Assembly (NCBI GenBank): GCA_034530875.2
Contig: JAVRCJ020000038.1
Location: 1-64,000, forward strand
DNA length: 64,000 nt
Direction: 5' to 3'
Source of the DNA: Nostoc sp. DedSLP01
GTDB lineage: Bacteria; Cyanobacteriota; Cyanobacteriia; Cyanobacteriales; Nostocaceae
Positions within the stretch are counted from its first letter, which is position 1. Every line of letters begins with the position of its first letter. The notes beneath the pieces were generated by a model that did not search any database, was not told the DNA's origin, and saw only the letters and a program-made list of their open reading frames with translations. Below, piece by piece: positions 22,947 through 31,742 of the stretch. Position numbers and translations under genes: made by a program.

Positions 22947-23337
22947 TCGGGAATGCTTAATTTTTTCTGAGACTTTTGGCAAAAGTCATTCGATAGCTTC
23001 AAACTAAAACTTTAGACAGCGATACCGAAGGTAAGCTGTGCTAATGTACAACATTTGCTAGACTGCCTTGAGCCGTCCTTTAGGCGTCCACAATTGGGGT
23101 ATTGCCAGACACCAGTTCCTTAAAAAAGATTGCCTTTTTCAAATGAACTGGTGAAAAGGTCTACCAAAATGCTGTTTGTTTGAAAAAATTAGCCGCAAAG
23201 TGATGTAGAGCCAGCCTATGGGGCAACCTCGAATATACAAATTGAGTCGGCAGATAAAAAATTAGTTTAGTGTAACTGCCAACATATTTTGCTACATACT
23301 TAATTGTAAGGGGTTCACTCTTTAGGAGACGATAGCG

Positions 23338-23766
23338 GTGCTAAATACTGTATTGGTAGCTCTGGATGGTTCGGAAATTGCAGAACGAGTGATTCAGACT
23401 TTAGATGATTTGGCCTTTTCCCAAGACGCTAAGGTTATTCTTTGTCATGTATTTCCCACGTCAGAGTCAGAGATCGAACTACCCGCCGATCGTCCTCAGT
23501 CAGAGTCCCCGACATTTTCTTATTTTCATATTGAAAAACAACTGCAATCGTATCAGGAAAAGTTATCGGTTACAAGTGAGTTAGAACTAGTAACAGGCGA
23601 TCCTGCTGAAGAGATTATTCGCCTTGCCAATATATATAAAACTGAATTGATCGTAATTGGCAGTCGTGGCTTAATGGGGATGAAGCGAATAGTTCAAGGT
23701 TCTGTTAGCAGTCAAGTTGTGGAAGAAGCTAATTGTTCGGTGTTAGTCATAAAACCGGGAAAGTAG
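23338..23766 (+). CDS. Universal stress protein
   Basis: LVALDGS, GDPAEEI, IVIGSRG...GSVSSQVV. Confidence 0.92.
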   Translation: MLNTVLVALDGSEIAERVIQTLDDLAFSQDAKVILCHVFPTSESEIELPADRPQSESPTFSYFHIEKQLQSYQEKLSVTSELELVTGDPAEEIIRLANIYKTELIVIGSRGLMGMKRIVQGSVSSQVVEEANCSVLVIKPGK

Positions 23767-23852
23767 CGATCGCAAGTACCCCAAAACTAACATTTGAGGA
23801 ATACTTGAAATATGATGAAACTGACACCTGCTACAAGTTGAACAGGTGTTAA
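23763..23852 (+). pseudogene. N-terminal remnant of a Uma2-family endonuclease-like gene
   Basis: Hand translation VAIASTPKLTFEEYLKYDETDTCYKLNRC*, resembling the xLTFEEYL.YDD.TD.RYEL start of cyanobacterial Uma2 proteins; no start codon. Confidence 0.55.
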
Positions 23853-23862
23853 CAGCCCAAGA

Positions 23863-26007
23863 TTAAGGATTGAGAAAATTTAAATGGTCGCCAGATTGCG
23901 ATCGCAAATCTTCTGGTGTACCCTCCATTTTTATTTTACCTTCCTCCACCAATACAATCCAATCAGCACGGCTAATTACTCTGGGACGGTGACTAATCAA
24001 GATCGTGGTTTTGCCTTGGCGATGGTACAATAACTTATCCAAAACTTGAGCTTCACTAACTGGATCGAGTCCAGCCGTTGATTCATCTAAAACCAAAACT
24101 GGTGGATCGTTAAGGATAGCTCTTGCTATAGCCAATCTTTGCCGTTGTCCGCCAGAAATATTTGACCCAAATTCACCTAATACAGTTTGATATTTTTCAG
24201 GTAGTTTAGTAATAAAATCGTCTGCCTCAGCAATTTGACAAGCGTTGACGATTTCCTCAAAGGTGACGTGAGGAGCACCTAAGCGAAAATTTTCAATAAT
24301 TGAACGACTCCAAAAATGAGCGTCTTGCGGAACAAGGACTACCTGTTGCCGCAAACAATCAAGGGCTATATCTTGCAGATTATAAATACCAATACGAATG
24401 TTGCCAGAATTAGGTGAATATAACCCGGCAATCATTTTAGCGAGAGAACTTTTACCACAACCAGATCTACCAATTAAGGCAACAACTTTACCGCCAGGAA
24501 TAGTTAGGGAGAAATTTTCTAACAACTCTAACCTTCCAGGATAGTGAAAATTGAGATTTGTGCAAACAATATCAGCATTGCTAGGAATCTTGACAAAAGG
24601 TTTGGTGCTATCACCTTGATTTTCAGGTGTGGAGTCAATAACTTCTGTTAAGCGTTCGGTGGCAGTTTTGGCACGGGTAAATTCATCTATAAATCCGAGC
24701 ACAGTACCAATGAGCGCTAAAAAATTACCATTCATCCCATTGAATGCCAGCAGTTGACCGATGCTCAGTTCCTTACCAATAACTAAGGTGCTACCCAGAC
24801 CAATCAAACTAACGCTGCCGATAGCATATACTAATCCAGAGAAGATGTTGTTAATAATTCCAATCTGAATTGTGCGAAATGTTATGTTTGATAGCCGACC
24901 AAATCTGTTTTGGAATTCTTCCCAGAATTGAGGCCCAGCAGTAGTGGTTTTTAGTGTGAGTGCCCCTTTAAAGCTTTCCACAAGAACACCTTGGTTTTCT
25001 GCATCTAAAACCAATACACTTCTGACTTTTTGTTGAAGTGTAGGCAGGAAAACAACTGTAGATAAACTCATGACGATCGCAACAATGACTGCGGTCAAAG
25101 TGAGTTTCCAGCTATAGAAGAGCATGAAACCGAAAGAGACTATTCCAATAAACAATTGGCTAGGCAGACTGATAACTGCTTGAGAAACTAGCTGATTAAT
25201 TTGTTGAATATCTTGCAATCTGCTAATAATTTCCCCACTACGACGTGATTCATAGTAAGTCAAAGGCAACCGCAGAATTGTTCTGGCAAATTCCATAACT
25301 AGCCCTAACTCAAGCCTTTGGGCAAATTGGGCAACGAGGTTACTTTGAACTAGTTGCAGGCTACTTGAGATCAGATTCATGGCAACAACGGCCATAATCA
25401 CAGCACCAAGCAGCCTCATATCGCCTCGAACTAGTACATCATCTGTGAGGATTTGCAGCAGGATTGGAGAAGTTAACGAAAACAGACCGATAACTAGAGC
25501 GCACAGAAAAGCCTCGAATATTATGCCTCCAAAAGGCACCACGCGCCGCATAAAGCGCCAAAGACCGTCAATTTTATCATCCGGTTGCTGGTAAAAGCGA
25601 ACTGCATCTGGCTCTAGTAAAAGCATGACCCTATCTGACCAAGCCTCTGTTAATTCTTTTTTAGAGACATAACGGATGTTGATAGCCGGATCGCCAACTA
25701 CATATTTTTTGCCTTTTTGACCATATAAAACAACCCAGTGGTAGCCTTTCCAGTGAATGATTGCTGGTAGTGGCGCTTGATTGAGACGATCTAATATCTC
25801 ACTTGATGCTCTAACTGAGCGTGCATTGAAACCAAGCGCTTCAGCTCCCCGCCTCAGTCCCAACAATGTTGTTCCAAGCTGCCCTGTACCTACTGCTTCT
25901 CGGATGCGATTTAGTGTAAAGTTACGTCGATAATGTTTGGCAATGGAAGCAAGACAAGCAGCTCCACAATCTTCTTCACTATGTTGTGCAACAACTTGGT
26001 ATCTCAT
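23863..26007 (-). CDS. Peptidase C39-containing ABC transporter (PCAT)
   Basis: QHSEEDCGAACL (Cys), HWVV (His), GDP (Asp); membrane domain; GRSGCGKS, ISGGQRQR, LDEST. Confidence 0.95.
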   Translation of the reverse strand: MRYQVVAQHSEEDCGAACLASIAKHYRRNFTLNRIREAVGTGQLGTTLLGLRRGAEALGFNARSVRASSEILDRLNQAPLPAIIHWKGYHWVVLYGQKGKKYVVGDPAINIRYVSKKELTEAWSDRVMLLLEPDAVRFYQQPDDKIDGLWRFMRRVVPFGGIIFEAFLCALVIGLFSLTSPILLQILTDDVLVRGDMRLLGAVIMAVVAMNLISSSLQLVQSNLVAQFAQRLELGLVMEFARTILRLPLTYYESRRSGEIISRLQDIQQINQLVSQAVISLPSQLFIGIVSFGFMLFYSWKLTLTAVIVAIVMSLSTVVFLPTLQQKVRSVLVLDAENQGVLVESFKGALTLKTTTAGPQFWEEFQNRFGRLSNITFRTIQIGIINNIFSGLVYAIGSVSLIGLGSTLVIGKELSIGQLLAFNGMNGNFLALIGTVLGFIDEFTRAKTATERLTEVIDSTPENQGDSTKPFVKIPSNADIVCTNLNFHYPGRLELLENFSLTIPGGKVVALIGRSGCGKSSLAKMIAGLYSPNSGNIRIGIYNLQDIALDCLRQQVVLVPQDAHFWSRSIIENFRLGAPHVTFEEIVNACQIAEADDFITKLPEKYQTVLGEFGSNISGGQRQRLAIARAILNDPPVLVLDESTAGLDPVSEAQVLDKLLYHRQGKTTILISHRPRVISRADWIVLVEEGKIKMEGTPEDLRSQSGDHLNFLNP

Positions 26008-26045
26008 TTTATACTTCAGTACCCAATAATATCGTCATAAAACCC

Positions 26046-26072
26046 AAAAAAATAGCAGGGTTTAGTCCCTGC
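26046..26072 (-). terminator. Intrinsic terminator-like hairpin between the precursor gene and the transporter
   Basis: Minus strand GCAGGG-ACTAAA-CCCTGC-TATTTTTTT. Confidence 0.6.
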
Positions 26073-26114
26073 ATGGTTAAAAAACTTGACCAACAGTTTA
26101 ATCTGAACTAATCA

Positions 26115-26381
26115 CTACCAATCAAGTGCTTCTAGAGCGTCAAATAGTCCATCTAACAATTTGGAATCTAATGCTTTTACATTTTTGGTAGTTTTCACAA
26201 TTTTTACGCTTGATTCAACTTTTTGTTTCTTTACTCCTTTTTTGCCAGGTTTTCCCTTGATTTTAATAACTTTGTGAACTGAGTCTCCCTTAGAAATCTC
26301 CAGGCTAGTACCACCACACACGCCTGATTCTTCAGCTTCACTTAGAGAGGTAAACATTGAGGAAATTTGAGTGCTTTTCAT
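26115..26381 (-). CDS. Double-glycine-leader secreted peptide, Lys-rich core with acidic amphipathic C-terminus (ORF track starts at 26399)
   Basis: Leader MKSTQISSMFTSLSEAEESGVCGG; 64-aa core with 15 Lys ending LLDGLFDALEALDW. Confidence 0.8.
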   Translation of the reverse strand: MKSTQISSMFTSLSEAEESGVCGGTSLEISKGDSVHKVIKIKGKPGKKGVKKQKVESSVKIVKTTKNVKALDSKLLDGLFDALEALDW

Positions 26382-27380
26382 AATTCTAGTTAACCTCAAG
26401 AGGTAATTGTGAGTTTTGAACTTTATAGAAAGCTACTTAAACTCAAAGTAACGAAAACTAGCACTTAACCAAGATACCTATATTTTCTATTATAAGTAGA
26501 ATGGTATAAATAATCCATACTCTGCTATTGCCAATGATACGAAACAATCTCAAGCATTTGATTGATTGTATTTTTGTTACTTACATAGTTAGGGTTATTT
26601 CCATTAATCTACATTATAAACAAAAAACATAGGCGATTTTGTGATGTCAATCTTTAAACAGCCTTGCTGATTGTTGTGCAGTAGGTTCTGTAAAAAAGAC
26701 TTTTGCTATCTTTTCTAAACTCTTAAATTGCCATCAATATCCGTCTTTAATCACTCTAGAATCAGAATAATCAAAACTAAATGCCCAAAATCAGAATTTA
26801 ACCAGGGATTTAGCGATCGCACATCAATTTAAACCCTGAATATAAAAGGGTTCTGGATTTTACTCTAACCGAGAGTGATTAAAGATGGATAAAACTTACG
26901 CTTCCTACATCAGTACTATAGTAGTATAAACAATGTTTGGTTATTTAAGCTCTATGACGGCCTAAGCCTACGCAAAGGAAGTGAATAAATCAGGGGTATG
27001 CGAAGGGCTTGAAACAACCAATTACGCTAATACATATTATGGCTTTTTGTACAGTGCGTAAGTTCTAATGGATGTGGTCGATTCCTTTAGTATCAGTTCT
27101 TAATTTCCCTAAATTAATTGCTCCAGGGCGAACAGTATCTTTAAAGAAAAGCGCCACAGATAACCGTATTGATGATTACCCAATAGCAATCATCAATACA
27201 ATTTTTGTTAACTTTTTTGAAGAAAAGTAGATGGATGCCAACAAAGGTATGTTAGGATATGCGTTAATTTTCAGCTAATAACTTGCGTTGGATTAAGTTA
27301 ATTAGCAATTTAGTCCTGTGGAAAAGCAACTTAACCTGGTTCAAGAGAGTAAATTGCTTAGCGTGCGGCATCTTATCTGA

Positions 27381-27407
27381 GTAAAGACGCGGTTATCCTG
27401 TCTTTAC
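27381..27407 (-). terminator. Stem-loop just downstream of the four-gene array
   Basis: GTAAAGAC...GTCTTTAC inverted repeat about 40 bp after the last stop. Confidence 0.45.
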
Positions 27408-27446
27408 ATTTATTATTATCCTTCTACTTAAACTTCATTAGTTTGC

Positions 27447-27740
27447 TTAACCAGCACCTACAGCGTTATCGGAAGAGTTGATTGCGTCTCCACCATCTCC
27501 ACCGTTGGCGCTAATAGGACTCTTAATGATTACAACTGGTGAGTTTTTGCCGCCACCTATAGTAATAGTACCACCGTTGCCGCCAGCACCGCCAGTAGCG
27601 GTTTGAGTAACTGTGTTACTAGCAGCAGCAAGCTTTTTGGCTATTAATTTTACATTAATATTCTTCTTGGGATTCTTCTTACCACCAGAGAGATTAACTT
27701 CTTCGTTGGGGGTTAAGGTAGTGAACAATGTGCTTTCCAT
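27447..27740 (-). CDS. Double-glycine-leader Gly-rich secreted protein, paralogue 4
   Basis: MESTLFTTLTPNEEVNLSGG leader; core ...ASNTVTQTATGGAGGNGGTITIGGGKNSPVVIIKSPISANGGDGGDAINSSDNAVGAG. Confidence 0.9.
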   Translation of the reverse strand: MESTLFTTLTPNEEVNLSGGKKNPKKNINVKLIAKKLAAASNTVTQTATGGAGGNGGTITIGGGKNSPVVIIKSPISANGGDGGDAINSSDNAVGAG

Positions 27741-27797
27741 TATCTGACTTCTCGGTTACTTTGATAGTTGAAATTAAGTGGTACTTTAAGAGCTTGC

Positions 27798-28085
27798 CTA
27801 GCTGGCAGCAGCTACGGAGTTATCGGAAGAGTTAATTGCGTCTCCACCATTTCCACCGTTGGCGCTAATGGGACTCTTAATGATTACAACTGGTGAGCCT
27901 TTGCCGCCGCCGATAGTGATCGTGCCACCGTTGCCGCCTTTACCGCCAGTAGCGGTTTGAGTAACTTTGTTAGTAGCAACGGCAACCTTTTTGAGCGCTA
28001 GTTGTAACTTGACTACTTTATTATTACCACCAGAGAGATTAGCTTCTTCGTTGGGGGTTAATGTAGCGAACAATGTGCTTTCCAT
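27798..28085 (-). CDS. Double-glycine-leader Gly-rich secreted protein, paralogue 3
   Basis: MESTLFATLTPNEEANLSGG leader; conserved core. Confidence 0.9.
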   Translation of the reverse strand: MESTLFATLTPNEEANLSGGNNKVVKLQLALKKVAVATNKVTQTATGGKGGNGGTITIGGGKGSPVVIIKSPISANGGNGGDAINSSDNSVAAAS

Positions 28086-28142
28086 GATTTGACTTCTCGG
28101 TTATTTTGATAGTTGAAATTAAGTGGTATCTTAAGAGTTTGC

Positions 28143-28433
28143 TTAGGTAGCAGCAGCTACGGAGTTATCGGAAGAGTTGATTGCGTCTCCACCATTTCCA
28201 CCGTTGGCGCTAATGGGACTCTTAATAATTACAACTGGTGAGCCTTTACCGCCGCCTATAGTGATAGTGCCGCCCTTGCCGCCTGCACCGCCAGTAGCGG
28301 TTTGAGTAACTTTGTTAGTAGCAACAGCAACTTTTTTGAGTGCTGCTTCTAATTTGACACTCAGAGTATTGTTACCACCAGAGAGATTAGCTTCTTCGTT
28401 GGGGGTTAATGTAGCGAACAATGTGCTTTCCAT
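28143..28433 (-). CDS. Double-glycine-leader Gly-rich secreted protein, paralogue 2
   Basis: Leader identical to paralogue 3; core differs mainly just after GG. Confidence 0.9.
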   Translation of the reverse strand: MESTLFATLTPNEEANLSGGNNTLSVKLEAALKKVAVATNKVTQTATGGAGGKGGTITIGGGKGSPVVIIKSPISANGGNGGDAINSSDNSVAAAT

Positions 28434-28610
28434 AATCTTAGTTTTCCCTTAGTTTTTGATAGTTGATAAAGAAGTAAAGCCGCATAGAAATCTTGCAAAA
28501 ATAGATTGAACATTTTTGATGTGGAAGTTCAGCTGAGCGCTTATTCCAGATTCAATTTGTACAATTTATTTTTACATCATGCCTAAGTGCCATCTTCTAA
28601 TAGAGTTTAC

Positions 28611-28898
28611 TTAACTGCCGGCACCTACAGCGTTATCGGAAGAGTTGATTGCGTCTCCACCCTTTCCGCCATTTGCCTTAATAGGACTGCCAACGAGGAG
28701 AACTGGTGACTCCTTACCGCCGCCGATAGTGACCTTGCCACCGTTGCCGCCGTCACCACCCTTAGCGTTTTGAGTAACTTTATTCTTAGCAATGGCAATG
28801 TTAGTCAATTTGACTATTACCACTTTTTTTGGAGCGGTACCACCAGAAAGATTAGCTTCTTCGTTGGGGGTTAATGTAGCGAACAATTTGCTTTCCAT
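28611..28898 (-). CDS. Double-glycine-leader Gly-rich secreted protein, paralogue 1 (most divergent; ORF track starts at 28943)
   Basis: MESKLFATLTPNEEANLSGG leader after an AAAGG RBS; same core pattern. Confidence 0.9.
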   Translation of the reverse strand: MESKLFATLTPNEEANLSGGTAPKKVVIVKLTNIAIAKNKVTQNAKGGDGGNGGKVTIGGGKESPVLLVGSPIKANGGKGGDAINSSDNAVGAGS

Positions 28899-29425
28899 CA
28901 TCTTACCTTTCGCTTGATTGTTAGGAATTGTAAGTAGCGTCACATAAAACGAATAACCTCAAGTTCTGCATTGAGTAACCTTTATGTCTCGCTAAGAATA
29001 TTGTATAGGTTCAGACACTTTTGTGAAGTATTTATCTTCTTAAGAAATATGAATGAAAGATTGTTGCTAAGGCTATTAACAAAGCATTTTTTATACACTA
29101 AATATCTTCAAGATGCACTTAATTTAAGTGACATTACAGAATAAAATTTTTATTCTTTTGGAGAAAAAACAAAGTAGATGTAATACAAAGTCAAAAACTA
29201 TAAAATCTTATGATAATAAGGCTTAAAAACTTGCTTAATTGCTTATAAAAAACGATTTTTTCTTTTTATCTACAAGCAAATAAAAAAACCAGCTAATATT
29301 AGATAAAATTTTAAATATTAAATAAAGAAACAGTAAAAGTTTAACAAAAAAATATAAAGATTTTGTGTTCTCCCTAGAAATAGCATAACTAGGATTGAAA
29401 TTTAGGCATATTTAATCTTGTAAAA

Positions 29426-29471
29426 TTTAGCTGTATGAACTCTTGTTAACTTTAGCTGTATTTTAGCTGTA
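29426..29471. promoter_or_regulatory. Three TTTAGCTGTA direct repeats in the divergent promoter region
   Basis: Copies start at 29426, 29451 and 29462. Confidence 0.4.
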
Positions 29472-29707
29472 TTATCCATTGTATTTATAAAATAAATAGA
29501 TAGAAGTCAGAGACTGATTACTAATAAGAGTAGAATCTGTCATTTTTGCCCTAGATAGCGAAAACGTTAAAAGGAGAGAGATTTTGCAAAAAGTTGTTTG
29601 AAACAGCTCTTGGTTTGATTTTTTGGATATACCTAAATCTCGACCCTGAAACTAACGCTGGGTAGATTTTTTTGCTAGATTATTTGCAAAACAAATTTTT
29701 TACTTCC

Positions 29708-31042
29708 ATGCTGATTGACCCCCAACCAGACTTTCTCCGCCCAGTTGAAAACGACGAATATCTTCCTCCGATTAGCACTTGGACATGGCTGGGAGGATTA
29801 TTTTTAATTGGAAGTGTTGCTGCTACCTTCAGCCTTACAAGTGTCATTCAATACAACGTAGTAGTGAAGGCAGATGCTACTGTCCGTCCAACTGGAGAAA
29901 TACGGTTAGTGCAAGCAGCAGCAGAGGGAACGGTTAGAAGCATCAAATTCAAAGAAAATCAAGTTGTGAAAAAGGGAGATGAGATTGCCCTGCTCTACGA
30001 TGCTCAATTACAAAGTAAAAAAAGCCAAATTGCCGGAAGCATCCGAGAGAATTATTTACAAAGAACCCAAATTGATGCCCAACTAAAAGCGCTACAGACT
30101 CAAATCGCAGCTGAGTCAAATTCAATGCAGCGGTCAATTATCTCTGCACAAGCCGACCTCAGTCGCAATCAAAGAGACTATAAAGACAGTCAAATTACAA
30201 CTCAGGCACAAGTGGAAGAGGAAGAAGCTTCTGTGGAGTTAGCGAAGGAGGAACTGAAGCGATATCAGCAGCTAGCAGAAACTGGAGCGATCGCAACTCT
30301 ACAGATTAAGGAAAAAGAACAAGCCTTCAAAGCTTCGTTTGCTAGATTACAACGTATCAGAGCTGGACTCAATCCCAGTAGCGCAAATGTGGAAATCGCC
30401 CAAGAACGTATTGCTCAAGAAAGGGCAAAGGGTGAGTCTACCCTAGCTGCATTAAACAAAGAAAGACAGCAACTCATTGCACGTCAAGTAGAAATTCAAA
30501 ATGAAATCAGCAGCGCTCAAGAAGAGCTAAAACAACTCTCAACGGAACTCCAAAAAACTGTAATTAAGACTCCAGAGGCAGGTACTATCCTGAAACTAGA
30601 ATTAAGAAATCCTGGGCAAGTTGTCAGGGCTGGGGATACCATCGCTCAAATAGCCCCTACTAGTGCCCCTCTGGTAATCAAAGCTCGTGTTGACGCTTCA
30701 GAGATTAGTAAAGTCAAAATATGTCAAGCTGTAAAAATTACAGAATGTACGCAGGGTAAAGTGATAATGCGGATTTCTGCCTATCCTTATCCAGATTATG
30801 GAACGCTCAAGGGTGCTGTTAGAACTATTTCTGCTGATGCTATTACACCTCAAATTAACGGCAATATTGCTGGTACACCTTATTATGAGGTAACAATCCA
30901 GCCCGATAAACTGAATCTGATTAAAGGCAAGCAACCCTACCCCATTCAGGCTGGTATGGAAGTCTCAGCAGATATTATTTCCCAAGAAGAAAGTCTTTTG
31001 AAATTTATTTTGAGAAAAGCAAGGCTATTAACGGATTTATAA
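29708..31042 (+). CDS. HlyD-family type I secretion membrane fusion protein (ORF track starts at 29672)
   Basis: N-terminal TM, VQAAAEGTV lipoyl-like half, long coiled coil, AYPYPDYGTLKG, GMEVSADII. Confidence 0.93.
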   Translation: MLIDPQPDFLRPVENDEYLPPISTWTWLGGLFLIGSVAATFSLTSVIQYNVVVKADATVRPTGEIRLVQAAAEGTVRSIKFKENQVVKKGDEIALLYDAQLQSKKSQIAGSIRENYLQRTQIDAQLKALQTQIAAESNSMQRSIISAQADLSRNQRDYKDSQITTQAQVEEEEASVELAKEELKRYQQLAETGAIATLQIKEKEQAFKASFARLQRIRAGLNPSSANVEIAQERIAQERAKGESTLAALNKERQQLIARQVEIQNEISSAQEELKQLSTELQKTVIKTPEAGTILKLELRNPGQVVRAGDTIAQIAPTSAPLVIKARVDASEISKVKICQAVKITECTQGKVIMRISAYPYPDYGTLKGAVRTISADAITPQINGNIAGTPYYEVTIQPDKLNLIKGKQPYPIQAGMEVSADIISQEESLLKFILRKARLLTDL

Positions 31043-31161
31043 CCCAATCAATTAATCGCTTATCATTTCAAATTTTACCCTGTCCCTAACTAAGGGCATA
31101 AAAAAGCAGGGAGAAAAATTTTACCTCTGCACCCTGCCCAATCTCCCCACGTCCACTTAAT

Positions 31162-31548
31162 TCAACTCTTTGGAGTTGCTAGAAACTGACGCAAGCTCAA
31201 CAAAGTAAGCGTTTGACCCAAATTCAAGGGTAAAACTGAGACTCCTTCCAAGCGGGACTGTATCCAGCCTTCGCCCCAATACCATTCGTGAAAACCGTCA
31301 ATACCTCCCGAAAGTAAGAAGCGGAGGCAGTTAGATTTTACAACGTCCACTTGATGATGAATTGGGACTGGGCCAGTCCAGGTAGTAAACTCAAATCCAG
31401 GAAGTAATTCTTCTGGCATTCCTGGCGCAAAGCGTTGCCCTACAAGCCATTTTGCTAATTGTGCCGGATGCACTAAACTGTCACGAATTGCATCTGTTGG
31501 AGCTTCGATTTCGATTCGCAGTTGGCTTTTTTGAAAATTACCCAGCAT
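31162..31548 (-). CDS. Hypothetical protein, possibly SRPBCC/START-like
   Basis: 128-aa ORF divergent from hslO; pattern IEIEAP..AI...L..P..L..W. Confidence 0.65.
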   Translation of the reverse strand: MLGNFQKSQLRIEIEAPTDAIRDSLVHPAQLAKWLVGQRFAPGMPEELLPGFEFTTWTGPVPIHHQVDVVKSNCLRFLLSGGIDGFHEWYWGEGWIQSRLEGVSVLPLNLGQTLTLLSLRQFLATPKS

Positions 31549-31588
31549 TTTCCAGGATTACCTAAAGATGAGACATCGCTATCTCTAA

Positions 31589-31628
31589 TTTAGTCATTAG
31601 TCATTGGTCATTGGTCATTGGTCATTAG
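31589..31628. repeat. STRR (GTCATTA/G)n
   Basis: AGTCATTAGTCATTGGTCATTGGTCATTGGTCATTAG. Confidence 0.85.
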
Positions 31629-31742
31629 TTTTTTCTTGCTCTGCTCCCCTGAACCCATACCCAATACCCCACTAAGTTACTTTTCTACCAAGACAGAACT
31701 TAGAATATATAGGTGGACTTGTTAAGAAATGTAAGGTTATTC

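Noticed and set aside
26400..27446. Possible hidden extra precursor or immunity gene in the 1-kb gap
   Set aside because: No ORF in the track and no GG-leader pattern seen by eye; very small ORFs cannot be fully excluded.
27447..28898. Lanthipeptide/azole RiPP or CRISPR-like array
   Set aside because: Cores lack Cys and no modifying enzymes are present; the ~350-bp units are whole genes, not repeat-spacer units.
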